NCBI RefSeq assembly: GCF_009914755.1
Contig: NC_060942.1
Source of the DNA: the human T2T-CHM13v2.0 reference genome, Homo sapiens
Reading direction: 5' to 3' (one strand)
DNA: 64,000 nucleotides
How positions within the stretch are numbered: position 1 is the stretch's first letter; each line of letters starts with the position of its first letter. A model generated the notes under the pieces. It saw only the letters and a program-made list of their open reading frames with translations, had not been told where the DNA came from and did not search any database. Below, in pieces: positions 13,690 to 27,590 of the stretch. Both the position numbers and the translations under genes were made by a program.

Positions 13690-13872
13690 CAGCCCTGTAT
13701 TTATTTGACATTTGTGTTCCTACCTTTGGGTCTGGATCTCCTGCTTCTAAAATATAAGCTTTATAAGAGCAGAAGCTCTGTTTTGTTCATTGTGATATCC
13801 TTAGGTTCCAGAACAGTGTCTTCCACATGTAGATGCACCATAAATATCTGTTGAATGAGTTAATAAATAAAT
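13690..13872 (+). mobile_element. L2 3' end
   Basis: TTTTGTTCATTGTGATATCCTTAGGTTCCAGAACAGTGTCTTCCACAT...ATAAATATCTGTTGAATGAG. Confidence 0.75.
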
Positions 13873-14192
13873 GGTACATAACAGACTTACCTGATGTGAG
13901 AAGAACTGTTCTCTCAAAATTTATTATTTTTCCCTAAATATTACAAAAACTACCCGATAGAAATTTATTTATAGTAGCTCAATATTATTTTCCAGTGTTT
14001 CAGAATGGCATTTTTTATTTTAGCTATATAATGTATTCTCAAATCTATATGTGCAGATGGCTGCATAATGGAATTCTGAAGGAAGTGATAGCCAAACATT
14101 TGTGATACTGTGCTTCATTATTAAAATGTTTTGAGCCTTTAATATATGCATGCATATTTATTTTAAAGGCATAGGTATTCTGCTAGTATTAT

Positions 14193-14975
14193 TGATATGG
14201 GAGGGGAGCAGAGAAGTGCTGGGTAGAGGAGGGCGTGGTCCCTGGCTACGGCTCCACCCCCAGGCCTGTGCCCACAGACCTAGGTGAGAACAGGTATTTC
14301 CCGGACCACCCTGGCCTGTCACGCCCCTATTCTGTACTTATAAAATCCCAGAGACCCTAGTAGGCGGGGTCACAAGTGGCTGAACTTTGAGAGGAACACA
14401 TTGGTGGAAGAAGACACAAGCAGCTAGACGTCAAGAGGCACACTGCAGCGTAAGAGCACATCAACAGACGCCGGCAGGCCAGCAGGCCATCGACCGGCAG
14501 AACAACGTGGAGTTTGGCTGGGGCGGTGGGAGGAGAGTCCAGGCCGCCTGACTCTAGGGAAAATCCACCTTCCCACTCCATCTCCCTTCTGGCTCCCCCA
14601 TCTGCTAAGAGCTACTTTCACTCAATAAAACCTTGCACTCATTCTCCAAACCCATGTGTGATCCAATTCTTTCCGTACACCAAGGCAAGAAACCCCGGGA
14701 TACAGAAAACCCTCTGTCCTCGCAATGAGGCAGTGGGTATAATTGAGCTGATTAACACAAGCCGCCTACGGATGGCTTAACTAAAAGAGTACCCTGTAAC
14801 ACATGTGCACTGGGGCCTCAGGAGCTGTAAACATTCACCCATAGGCACTGCTGTGGGGTCGGAGCCCCACAACCCGCTCATCTGCCTGCTCCCCCAAGGG
14901 TTTTTGAGCAACAGGGAACCAAAGAAGTGAGCCACACCCCCATGCGGGGAGGACAAAAGAAATTTTCCCATCTCA
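14193..14975 (+). mobile_element. ERV1-class solo LTR (LTR1 family-like)
   Basis: TG...CA termini; 783 bp; perfect 4-bp TSD TTAT (14189-14192, 14976-14979); TATAAAA at 14339; AATAAA at 14624; GC/CpG-rich relative to flanks; 5' end TGATATGGGAGGGGAGCAGAGAAGTGCTGGGTAGA resembles LTR1-group consensus. Confidence 0.88.
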
Positions 14976-16777
14976 TTATTATATGCATAAAACATACTCC
15001 AAATTAGAAATGTTAAAGTGAGTTGAAATAAGCAATATTCAACATTTTATATATATATTCTATTTATCACTGTTAAACTTTTTACAGTAAAACACTACTA
15101 ATAACTAATAACTGTGACTTTTAGTGTTAGCAATATTATTTAATCCATTTTGTTTTTCTGAAAAATAGTGGTGAAATACATTAGGATAAAATTGCTGATT
15201 GTAAGTTAATCTAAGTCATTTGATTTTCATGGCTCTCATAGCTAGAGATAACCTTACAAAGACACAATAATCCAAATACGAGATCACCAACTACACTTGC
15301 CCCATCATTATACATATTTTAAACTTTCATCTATCTGAGCAATTATGCAAATAATTTTTTTGAAATTTAGCTTGTTAATTTCAATCTTTCCTAATGTCTA
15401 TCAATTGTTATTTCAAACAACTTAGAAAGGGTTAAATAATTATATTTCTTAGCAAACGAATTAAACCTCCTGAAATTCCTCATTTGGAATGTTAAAACAG
15501 TTAAAAACTCTACTTTTTAGTAACTTCATATTTATAAGTACAGTACACAGATGAAACTCTTAGGTAAATTTTGGAATATAATTACCTAACTAGACAAACA
15601 TCTCCAAGCAACTATTTTCAAAGTGCTCATGGATATTTTCTGAAAGACTATTACTTTCTCATAATTTTAAAACACAAGTTGTCTGGTCACAACTTGAGAT
15701 ATTTTTGGACCTATAATCTTACACATCCTTAATAAAATGCTCAAGTTTTCATGATATTCTCTTACCTTGAAGGGGCAGATTGTGTTCATTTTTTTCCAAA
15801 ATATCTGCTTGGTATTATGTTACTCACCACCACTAAATTTGAAATGTTGCCTGACATAACTTTACCTAATTACTTCTTTTCTTATTACAAAGTCTTGTAA
15901 GGATACCAATATTTGGGTTGGTTGAATTTAAATCCACATAAGCTGTCATATATACATTGCAATTTGCCATATGGCACTGGAGGAGTATGATGGAGTGTGG
16001 TGGGAACTGCCAATATCTATATGCTCCGCTGAGCCCTCTTTCCATCGAGAAGTGGAGGAAGTGAATTTCTGACATACAGATATGGCAAGGTCATCAAGTC
16101 AATACATTAAGAAAATTAGAATAAAATCTTAATTCCTTCTTTATATTTAGGAAAAAATAGAAAAGGGATTTCTAATATTTCTTCCCATACCCCAAATGTG
16201 CACCCATTCCTGTGAATGTACACGCCACTTTGGAGGCAGCCATCTGGAATCTGCAGACATAACTGCTATTGACCATGGCTAAATATTTTGACTCTGTGAA
16301 TATTCTATTTAGAAACAGATTCTCTATTCTTTGTAAAATAAATCCACTTGACAATATTAAACACCCAGTTTTTCCTTTCTCTTTTTAAAGTATGATGTAG
16401 ACAATCAGCCTTTATGTAAGGAAAAAAAATTCAGACCTGTGTTTTCAGTTTTTACAAAAGGTTAATGTGTATACACTAATTAACTTTAGTAGCTTCAGGC
16501 TGCTTGTTTTGATCTTCATATTTAGGAATAGAAATCTTCAGAGAAGATTAGATTTGATGGGGAATAGAAATTGATATGTATTAATGTCAGCTATCATATC
16601 CTATTCTCACTGAAGTTTTCTTTTCCAATATCCCTTACAAGTCACTTCTTCATTTTGCTAAGCTTAAAATATTTGTGTTATCATACAAGATATCAGTAGA
16701 AATGTCTACATACCAATTCCAACTGTTTCTTTTGCTATTTGGCCTCATATTGCAATGCTTTCAAGTCAATTTTCCTT

Positions 16778-17086
<309 letters not shown>

Positions 17087-18553
17087 AATTTTCTTTTTAA
17101 CATTTATTTGAGAGACTTGAGCTGTCCTTTTTAATCCATATAATTTGCCTATCTTAAATATCATGGTAACTTTAGCACTTTATTAAGGATGTGTAAGATT
17201 GTAGATATAAAAATATCTCAAGTTGTGACCAAGCAAGATTCTATCTCCTCTTTCGGAGCATCCAAGGGAGTGAGAAGGGGAAGCTGTGGAATTGACAGCT
17301 GGTTGTCAGTCTCCAAACTGTCAGAATAATTTGAAGGCAGATTAGTTTTACAGATTGTTTATTAACATAGTCACAAAGGGGAGATGACAAGGGGCCTGTT
17401 TCCTGTTTGGTTCTGCATAAATTGGTTCTTCCTGTGAGAAAACTTTTCTGTGAAATTGGGGATGGGAAGTGGGTTAGGGAGAGAACAAAGAAAACATGTT
17501 TCACAATTGAAAGCAGCACTGTAGACCTTAATTTAAGATCATTAGCAAGCAGGCTGAACTAAAACTTTTTCTGAAGAACTCAATCAAGCTCATATGTTTT
17601 CCTTGATTGTTTACATAAAACATGCTTATGAGGGATGAAGGTCTCTTCAAAAAATTATTTCAGTTTTTATCAGTGTGTGTGTGCTTGTGTGAGGGGGATG
17701 TTTATACCTTTAGTAGATAATTTGTGTTTCTCATGTGGTTTATACAACCCAAGTCAAGCAAAGCACAGGAGTAGCAAATAAATCTTCCACCACGTAAGAA
17801 AAGAACGTACCAAAATGAAAGCAGCACATTACACTTTGGCATGATATTGTTTGTCTTGGAATTTACTATTTGTAAATTCTAGTTTATCTATGCACAACCC
17901 TGGACTTGTTTTAGATTTCTACCCTGGCCTTTTGAGTGCAATTGACTATTGAAAATAATTTGCTTGAGGTAACATTGACAAGCCAGTAAGACTGCGTGTT
18001 TTTCAATCTGTGCTTAAGATTTTGCAAAACTTTATAAAATATTGCCTTAATACTTGAACCCAAAATGTTGGAGAACTCCAAAAGCCATGGACTAATAATC
18101 CCAGAAGTCTATATCATGATGCTTACATTTTATTCTTAACTATTTATAGAATTCAGATTCACTTCAAACTTGGCCTATTTCTTAAGCCTATGACCAGATT
18201 TTCATTTTTAGTTCACTTCCTTATAATTATTTGAGCTGTGCTAGCCTCTCAAAACCAAGTGCAGACATTTGTCTAGAGAGGCCACATAGCAGTAAAATAA
18301 TAGTGGAAAAGTTCTATCCTATTCCTTTCCACTCCAGGGGTAAGGCCTTATCTGGAATTAGAGTCTAGGAGGGAAGCTCAAATATATGGGGGATTCTAGA
18401 ACTATATCAAGAGGGAGAATGCAATGGGGTTAATAGATTACAGTTACGGAAGACATTTTGATTCAGTCCAGGGTACCAAGGCAGAGGTCAGAATCCTGGG
18501 CTCTCAGCAATGCTGTGTCATAATGCAGGTGCTGTGGCAGAGAATCTGTAAAG

Positions 18554-18775
18554 CAAGCTTGTCCAACCTGTGGCCCATGGGCCGCATGTGGCCCAGGATG
18601 GTTTTGAATAAGGCTGAACACAAGTTTGTAAATTTTCTGAAAACATTACGAGACTTTTTTTTTCTAATTTTTTTTTTTAGCTCATCTGCTATCATTAGTG
18701 TTAGTGTATTTCATGTGTGGCCTGAGACAATTCTTCCAATGTGACCCAGGAAAGCCAGAAGATTGGATACCTTTG
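18554..18775. mobile_element. MER30 hAT-Charlie MITE
   Basis: CAAGCTTGTCCAACC...TTAGCTCATCTGCTATCATTAGTGTTAGTGTATTT...GATTGGATACCTTTG; 8-bp TSD CTGTAAAG/CTATAAAG (7/8), typical of hAT. Confidence 0.92.
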
Positions 18776-19437
18776 CTATAAAGAATCCATCAGAATGTAA
18801 TGGAATGATAAAATGTAATTTGGGGAATACTCAGTGCAGAGTTTCTCTTTTCTGTAGCCTAGCATGTTCCAAGGATATCTGGAGTAGAACCTTATAAGCA
18901 CTGGGATGGGCTTAAAAGTGCTAGCTAAGGCCTTTTTATAATTAACTCCATAAATTTCATTAAGATGTTTAAGCTCTGTTCCCTGATTCTGGTTCCTGCT
19001 TTTAAAATAGAGGGCTAATTTTAGATCATAAAAGTACACCCCTGAAAACAAGATATGATTTTTTAAATGTGGCAGAAATATAGATATAAAACTTTGATGT
19101 TCAGTATTTTAGACTTTCAAGGATCTCAACATTTGGGCAAAAGATGCAGAGGTATAAATTTTAAAAAATTTTTACTTTCCCAAATAGTTCTTAAATGTCT
19201 GCTTGAGATGAAGCATATTTCAGGGTGTACATTCAGTAGCTTATTGAACCTTTTAAAATTTAGGCATATTGAGTTTTTACAAAATTTCTCAGTATATTAG
19301 GAAATACTCCTCTAAAGGTTGGGAAAGTAGTTTTTAGAAGTAGATGCAATGACGGGAGAAGTTAACAGTCCTTCAAAAGAAAAGGCATTTAAAACTGAAA
19401 GATAAACATAGAAAAGTACTATGAAGACAGATTTTCT

Positions 19438-19723
19438 GTCAGGTGCAGTGGCTCACACCTGTAATCCCAGCACTTTGGGAGGCTGAGGCGGGTGGATCAC
19501 CTCAGATCAGGAGCTCGAGACCAACCTGACCAACATAGCAAAACTCCATCTCTACTAAAAATACAAAATTAGCTGAGCGTAGTGGTGCATGACCATAATC
19601 TCAGCTACTCAGGAGGCTGCGGCAGGAGAATCAATTAAACCCAGGAGGTGGAGGTTTCAGTGAGCTGAGATCGCACCACTGCATTCCAGCCTGGGTAACA
19701 AGAGCAAAACACAGTCTCAAAAA
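19438..19723 (+). mobile_element. Full-length Alu (AluSp/Sq-like)
   Basis: GTGGCTCACACCTGTAATCCCAGCACTTTGGGAGG...CTGACCAACAT...GGTAACAAGAGCAAAAC; perfect 14-bp TSD AAGACAGATTTTCT (19424-19437, 19724-19737); short A tail. Confidence 0.97.
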
Positions 19724-19828
19724 AAGACAGATTTTCTTTCTTTTTAAATACTATATATTATTCCATTTTGTATGTATGTGTATGTGTGTGTGTATATATG
19801 ACATTTTCTTCATTCATTTGCTGATGAG

Positions 19829-20178
19829 ACTGAAGAACATTATGCTAAGCGAAATAAGCCACGAAAGACCTCACTTACATGTGGAATCTAAATAGTTTAC
19901 TTCATAGAAACAGAAGGTAGGAAGGCAGTTACCAGATGCTAGGGGTGGGAAGAGGGATAAAGAAAATGAAGATGATCACAGTCTTATAAACACAGTAATA
20001 ATAATGTATATTTCAAAAATATTAAAGGAATAGATATTTAATGTTTTTACACCAAAAATATGATAAATTGGTAAGTGATAGATATGTTAACCAGCTTTAC
20101 TACACAATGTTTATATAGATCAAAACATCACACTACCCCATAAATATACACAATTTTTATTTGTCAATTAAAATCAAT
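19829..20178 (+). mobile_element. L1MA-like 3' UTR fragment
   Basis: GAACATTATGCTAAGCGAAATAAGCC...CTCACTTACATGTGGAATCTAAA...TACCCCATAAATATACACAATTTTTATTTGTCAATTAAAA. Confidence 0.85.
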
Positions 20179-21569
20179 TAGAGCGATTTAATTTAAAAAT
20201 GTACTACAAAGAAAAAAATAGCAATTTTCTAAATAATGAGATCACTAAAAAATGTAAAATTTTACTTACATTCTTTTTTTCACATTCTTTTGCATTATTT
20301 AAGACCAATTTTCATTAAAAATAATTATAATTTTTAAATGGCATTTGGATCTCCAATCATTATTTATCATCTGAGAGATTCAGGTATGTAGATATCAGTT
20401 CTTGGTGATTACAGAGTAATTAAATTACTGAATTTAAAAAATGATAATTATCCACATAAATCTTATGCATGTGGATTATCTGTGACAAATTCTTAATTGT
20501 GGATCAGACTTGATGTTAACATGTGGAATTGTTAGAACCTTCTTTTCCTCTTGTTCAGAAATGTAAACTTACCTTATTAATCAGAGAATTCTATTTGAAG
20601 GAAGTCAACTGTCTATGCAAATGTATAGGTGACTTATTATTCTTATTAAGTGACTGAAAGCTGATTTTACCAATAATAGAAGCTTCCTTCTATGTATGTG
20701 TGATCCAGAGACCCTAGGGTTCCTTAGCCAACAAATAGCTTTAAACCATTTGTCTTAAGTCATCCTCATGATCTAGGTCAGTCTTCTCAGCATGGACTCA
20801 GTGACCTCCTAAAGGAGTGGTCAGGACAGGGTCCTCCAGGACTCAGTGATGTTGAAGTTTCTGTTTAATCTATCTGGAGGCTGGATATCTTCATTAGTTT
20901 CCTACTCTCCAACAGAACCATCACATGGAGGAGTGAGCATGATAATGGTTATATTTTGAGGTTCACAGACCTGTCGACCCAAGTAGTACATTTGTAGCTT
21001 AAGGTCATGGCTCTAGAAATAATCTATTAAGGGTCTGCCAGATTCTAAAGTCTATGTTCTTTGTATTATTTGAATAAGGGGTTTTGTCCTGGTGAGACTG
21101 TAAAACACTGTGCTTAATTCAGGGAAGAGGAAACTGAGACACACAATATCTTTTTAATGTGAACATCCAATTGGGGTGAAGGTGGGGTTGAGAAATGTTA
21201 GGAGAGAAAACAATATGTGAATTATGACTAATTTGAAAGAAATTGAATATTGGAAATATAAAATTGAGAATTCCCATTATTTTCTCTATTATTATTATTT
21301 TTCTGACAGAATGACTGCATGTAAGATAAAATGTAAATAATATTGGGACTATCCTTAGAGAATCTCTGTAATACAAATACAATTTATAATGAAATGGATA
21401 AAACATTTGAAATTTCTCAGAAGTATTATATGAAGTGTAGTGAATTTAAATTAAGTTCTTCTAGTAAAGCATAATTTGTATAGACTCCTAATGTATTTTA
21501 TATACATATATCTCAAGGATATAGTTTGTGTTTAAAAATACAACTTAAAATAATTGTAATATAAAAACA

Positions 21570-21810
21570 ACAATAGCAAGATTTATTGAATGGCCGTTAC
21601 ATGTTATGCACTGTTCTAAGAACTTGACCTGATCATTCATTTAATGCTAATGTTAACCATAGGAAGTAGATACTTTTATTCCTGACTTTTTTACATGTGA
21701 ATAAACTGAGGTAACAATGTATGGACAATTAACCTACATTCTCCTCAGATCATGTGAGGCATATCCAGAATTTAAGTCTAAATCTATCAGATATCAGAAC
21801 ATGCATTCTT
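21570..21810 (-). mobile_element. MIR
   Basis: ATTTATTGAA...GCACTGTTCTAAG...TTTTACATGTGAATAAACTGAGG. Confidence 0.7.
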
Positions 21811-22009
21811 TTTTTTTCTGTAAGTGTCACTTTTTACATATTATTGAAGTCTCATTCTATAGCCTTCAGATATGATTTAAGAACATAAAGCCATGGACAT
21901 GGTAGGTACTTAAAACTTGTTGTGAAATACTGAATACATTTTTGAATGGGTGGTGCTATTAAACTTAAAAAAATAAAGCTTTATGCAGAGAAATGCAATA
22001 ATGATAGTG

Positions 22010-22232
22010 TTAATAAAGTTATACATTCTTAAAGTGTTCAGACTGCTTATCAATCTTATGTGTTCATTGCAACATCACTGTGAGGTGGATGTTTGTATTT
22101 TCATTCCATTTTATTGAAAAAAACTAAAGCTCAATTTTATTACTTCGTTTAAATTAATGCAACATTTGGGGGCAGAATCTGAATTTGAGTTTATATTCTG
22201 ACTGCATGGCCAATCTTCATTCCAGTATACAC
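22010..22232 (-). mobile_element. MIR
   Basis: CTGTGAGGTGGATG...CCATTTTATTGAAAAAAACTAAAGCTCA...GGCAGAATCTGAATTTGA. Confidence 0.55.
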
Positions 22233-23583
22233 ATTGGCCTTGGGAATTAATCATGCCAGAATAATCACTTTTCCCCATTTCCTAACTTCTGAGTTTCTCT
22301 CAACATATATATTTTGGAGTCCCAGATTATTTTTACCTCCTGTTAGAATTTATGTGGTCACGTTTATTTTACAGACTGAGTCATTACACCATTGCTTCGT
22401 GAGACCTTGTCTACTGCTCAGAAGCCCAAAGCTATTCTGAGACTATATTCATGCCCTATATATAGGCCATTCCTTTGAAAATTGGATGAGTGGTAACCTT
22501 ATAAATATTTCATATACTCAATCCTGCTTGAATTGATAATGTTGCAGTAATTTTAGTGTGAAATAATGTAACATAATATGCATAGAGAGTAAGTGGCCCT
22601 GTAAGAGAATTAATAATACTTAGTTGTCAGTGGAAAAAAGTTCTCACTTTTTAACCCAGTTTCATGAGGGTTTAGCTTTTCTCTCTGCCTGTGTGTAAGC
22701 TGCCACATTACTAAATAAAGCATTTTTATGTGCTGAGTGTAAAGAGAAGCTAAGATCCCCATTCTTCATAGCTGAATGGAGAACTGCTGCACCCTATGTA
22801 TCTCCACAGACATGCATTGGTATCTATGAACCAATGTAGAGTTAGCGGGCACCCAAGGAGAGGCTGTGTCAATCAGAAAGATGACTGGTTACCCCTACAA
22901 TGGTAGGTGGCTACATTGAAGGAAAATTGCATAAATACTTTATTTAAGATAAATGCTGATGTCCTTAGTTCTATAGATTATCAAGGTGCCAATTTTCAGT
23001 GAACAGAGCCCTCTTCTGAAAGGCAGGTTGTTTGCAAGCTTGGTCTCATCTGCTACTTCTACTCCTCCCGTGCTATGTCCTTCTCTTGTGTGCTAATAGA
23101 AACCAGCAGAGAGGGAACTCCCTCAGCTTCTTCCCACCTGTCATCTTCCTGACTTTCCACTTTCCTGGCTCTTATTCCTTCAATATGTACCAACTTCTGA
23201 TTCCCACTCCATTCTTTCATGAACCCCTTGCATTTTCTTATCTGGTTTATTGACGTTGAACTTTGTTTTATTCTTCTCTCTGTGCAGTCCATTAGTTTTT
23301 GTGTTACGTTGCAGGTTTTAGCAAGAAGAGCTCCCTCTGCCAAGCCCATCTACTCAATATTATACCTCCTGCAGGGCTAGCTGTTAACATCCAGCCAGGA
23401 GAAGGGGTGACCTAGATAAAACTGTTTTAAGGTTTTGAAAAATATGCTTTTTTAAAAAAATTGCAAACCCTCAGAAAGTGTGGAGACATTTAACATTTGC
23501 AGATATCTTACTACTTCTGTAGAATTCTCATTGCTAGTAGGAAATGTTTATTTTTCCCTGTGAATTCTTAATGAAGTATAAAC

Positions 23584-23586
<3 letters not shown>

Positions 23587-23633
<47 letters not shown>
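23587..23633. repeat. (CA)n microsatellite, ~23 units
   Basis: Uninterrupted AC run. Confidence 0.98.
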
Positions 23634-23637
<4 letters not shown>

Positions 23638-24913
23638 AAAAACACTGGCAAACTTAAAGGCAAGCTACTACTAATATATAAGTAATTTTATACATAAACT
23701 TACTCAGAAAGTAGAAAACAAAAACTATTGTTCCTCCAGCTATCTAAATTTTCAGACACTTATTTTGAAATTATAATCTTAGAATTTGTTTAGAGAGACA
23801 CCAATGGATTAATTAAAAGATCCAAACACAGCCAAAAGTATACATTTAGTTTTAGAATTGCCATTTTTTCATGCTTGAAGTAAATAACAGTCATCAACAG
23901 TGAGTTTGAAATCCTTTCAAGTAAAATTATTTATTTTGCCTTGAGCATGCTGTGAGACCACTGGTGTTTTACTTTTTCAGATGTTCATTTTTCTATTCAT
24001 TCTTTGGTTATATATTCACTATATAATAAATATATAATAAATATTCATATATATAAGCATTTATAGGTTTATTATGTATTTCTAAAGGTGATATTATGGT
24101 GTCAAATTTTATGTCATACTATTTTCTAAATACTGAAAATTTTCATAATGCACCGTACTCCATAGATTTCTCCCTCAATCTACTTTTGGACGTTCACAAT
24201 GTCTGCATTTTGGAGTCAGAAGAGAAAGCCATGAGGAGAGGAAAAAGTAACTTCAATAAACTATTTAACACAAAGAACTGGATGGCAGCCGTCAGCCTGA
24301 ATGAATCATGGAGTGAGAGACTAAGGTGATAGGTACCTTCAAGGATCTCCAAGGCTCCATACAAAGTAGTGCATGGCTTTCAGATTCTTCACCAGAGCAA
24401 GGGTATTAAACAAAAGGGCCCCAGGTGCCCCCCTGTAAGCTACCCAATTAGGGTTATTAATTTGTAAAATTATTTTAGGGATTTAATTATGTTATCTTTC
24501 TTCAGAGTTCATTTGTATTCCCTAATTTCTGTAAAGGTCTGCTGAATATTTAGAGGTGTCTGAGATTCAGTTTATAACTCATCATAGAGGCATAGAATAA
24601 AAGAAATGATGTTCTAAAAACCTGAAAGAATTGGTATGTTTTACCTGGATTCTCCTCTCACCACGGAGCAACATAGCCATTGAAGGACACAAAGACCAAG
24701 CAGAAAAGCATGGCAAAGTGAAGGCAGCTTTCTACCTATTGCCTAATATAATGTTATCCATTGTGGAGTTTAATCAGTTGGCAAAAATAAACTGTTACCT
24801 TTTACTCCTCATAACAAGGGGAGCATTTACGTGCTCCAATTCAGTTAATAAAAAACACCTGATCCACTGAAATTCTGTCTGTTAGTGGCTGAAATATTTG
24901 TATGGGATTTATT

Positions 24914-25312
24914 TGTACAGTTTGCCAAATAATTCAGGCTTCCCTCCTCTGAGGGACATCATAGGATTACAATTCTGCCTTTGTCGTGGGTGAGGGAATG
25001 ACTCATGTGATGTGATTGATTCCGATAGCTGTGCCAGAACATTTGTTTGCTAATTTGAGACCCTCAAAATCTTTTTTTTTTTTTTTCCTGTCCTGCCAAG
25101 GGCTCAGTAAAGTTGCAGACAGTCGCTCTTCCTCGACTAAGAGTAAACTGTGCAGACAGAGTTCTTGACTAAGGGCAAATTATGCAGACACCCCTTAGTA
25201 AACTCACGATGGATACGTATCATGAGCAAGAAATGTTACATGTACTATATTAACACACCGAGAATTGCGTGTATGGTCTCGGTGACATAACCTCATCTAT
25301 TCCAACTGCTGT
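24914..25312 (+). mobile_element. Old MaLR LTR (MLT1J/K-like)
   Basis: CATGAGCAAGAAAT...GAGAATTG...CATAACCTCATCTATTCCAACTG resembles MLT1 3' end. Confidence 0.55.
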
Positions 25313-26346
25313 AGTATGTGACTTCAACATTTCAATACTCTTAGAAAGTTGCAGTTTTTTCTCTTAAAATAGTTTAATACATCAACCTTGCTCATTTTCC
25401 AGTATGTGACCTCTGTAAAGACTTTCAATTTTTTAATGTTCTCCTATTCATGGATAAAAGATCATGAGTTTTAATAATCTGTAGAGTTTATCCTGAACTT
25501 TGACAGGACACAGTGACATTAAACATCAATCACATGATAATTTGCAGTAATCGTTGGGCTTTGATTATGTCTTTATTAAAGGCAAAGAACTTCAAATGTA
25601 TGCAACAAATCATTTTTGCATCCTAATACTATTATGCTTGCATGCTCAAAAATAAACTTGAGAGTGACAAATTCCACTGGGAAGTAGTCATTAAAATACA
25701 TGAGTACATGCTGCTGGTACAGGATTTTGACACAAGTTCATTTGTTTTTCTATGTATCACTATGTTTCAGAGCATGTTAGGTTTAGTTTAATGCAGACAT
25801 GAGACTCCAAGAACATGGACATTTTCATCAGGCAACTACAGATTGTTCTGCAGTTTTATCTCAACACTTGATTCTACTGATGACAAAATAATTTATTGAG
25901 GGCTCATTTCCTTTCTGTGGAGGGGAAGAATGAAGTCTCTGGCAAGCACCTTTGTCTATTCTGTCTGAAAGCTCGCCTGTTATGCTTCTACTTTTGAGAC
26001 TTGTCTGCCTTACTTCCAATCTTTTTTGTCTTTAGTTGAAGAAAATACACTAAAACAATTTCCATCTTTCTCTCAATTTAAGAATTTAAGTTCAACCTTA
26101 AACTTTATCTTTTGAAAGGTATTGTGCACTGTGAATTTCACTTTTTTTCCAGAACCTGAGTAATTGCACTGTGCTGTTCATGCTTGCTTTCCAGAATCAA
26201 GAGCTGCTTGAATATCTCCCTCTCTACAGATATTTGAAGATTTCTTGTGAAATCTACAATGGAGTTGAAGAGGTAGAGGAAAAATGAAAGGATTGGAGAT
26301 TAAAAACATCAGATCTATGACATAGGAAACCAGTTATAATTGGATA

Positions 26347-26439
26347 GGAGAAAGGTTGAAGTAAGTTGAAAAGGCAAGGATAATCACACGGAGAAAGGTT
26401 GAAATAAGTTGAAAAGGCAAGGATAATCACACAGAGAAA
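26347..26439. repeat. 43-bp tandem duplication
   Basis: GGAGAAAGGTTGAA(G/A)TAAGTTGAAAAGGCAAGGATAATCACAC at 26347 and 26390. Confidence 0.95.
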
Positions 26440-26607
26440 AGCAGAGAGTGAGAACCCTGTTGGCTAAATTAAAATTTAGAAATCCAGCACACGAATGAGG
26501 TTGGGACAGCAGCTCCAAAAGATTTTTTTTTTGAATTTCATCATCTGAATATTAATTTTCTGAGGTCTTCTGGGGAAGTAATGCCAAATACAATGAGCCT
26601 TGTGAGG

Positions 26608-26618
26608 TGCTGACTCAT
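26608..26618 (-). promoter_or_regulatory. Consensus CNC-sMaf (NRF2/NF-E2/BACH) element, motif only
   Basis: TGCTGACTCAT equals ATGAGTCAGCA on the minus strand, fitting RTGASTCAGCA; no functional evidence. Confidence 0.3.
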
Positions 26619-27289
26619 GCAAGTCAAACTCTACATTGTTAAAATTTTGAGAGAAAAAGAAAAAAAAAACAAAGAAAGACTCTGACATTTCATTTTCCAT
26701 GTAAGAGACAGGAGCATATATAGTATCCCCATTTCATATAAATTTATAAAAGGTTCTAATTTGTGATAGGTGCATACTGTGATTGAAAAGATAGATTATA
26801 GGCATGTGGAGTGCTTTATAGAAGAAATTTCAGAAAGAGGACACATGGATTTGTAGGGGACTGACCAATATAAAGGTGATATTTCAAAATTTCCTTTTAT
26901 GGAAAGGCACAATCCTGGTAGGCTTTCTTGTTTCCACGGCTATAAAGCTCTGCTGTGTAACTCACAGAGTTTGCTATCATCCTAGAAAAGGCAGGCTTCT
27001 TTATGGAAAATCAAATGGAGTGGAACTCATCATGATAAAAATGGCCACACATGATATAGATAGCAGGTTTGGGCTCACATGTATCCACTAGGCAGTTTTA
27101 TTATGAGAGCCAATTGGGATCCATGGTCATCATATGTTTTTTTGAGTCCTCTGAAGCACAAATGTGTATGGCATTTCTATTAAAGACATACTTACTTGTT
27201 TCTTAAAATAATGTCCCCAGTGTGATCTGTGAGATATGAGTGAATCCTGAGCTGCTAAATGGATTTTGGTCTAAGAGATGTGGTCACTG

Positions 27290-27590
27290 TGGAACATTGT
27301 TGTACTGCCTCCTGTAATTGGTGCTCCCTGCACTCCATGTGTGCCTCCCTCTGGAAGACTAAGTCTCCCTACCCTATTAAATGCGGGCATGGCTGTACTA
27401 TTTGGTAAAGCCAATGGCACATGAATGTTATTGAAGTGAAGCATTGTCAATATTTTGGAGAAAGAAAATATGGATCAGAATCTCAGCCAACAGAAGGCTC
27501 ATGAAAAATAAATGTACTTTTTTATTGAAAACTACTGAGATTTGGGACTTCTTTGTAACTGCAGCATAACTTACTTATCCTGAAAATACA
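27290..27590 (+). mobile_element. MLT1 LTR (5' LTR of a MaLR proviral remnant)
   Basis: Ends ACTACTGAGATTTGGGACTTCTTTGTAACTGCAGCATAACTTACTTATCCTGAAAATACA. Confidence 0.7.
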
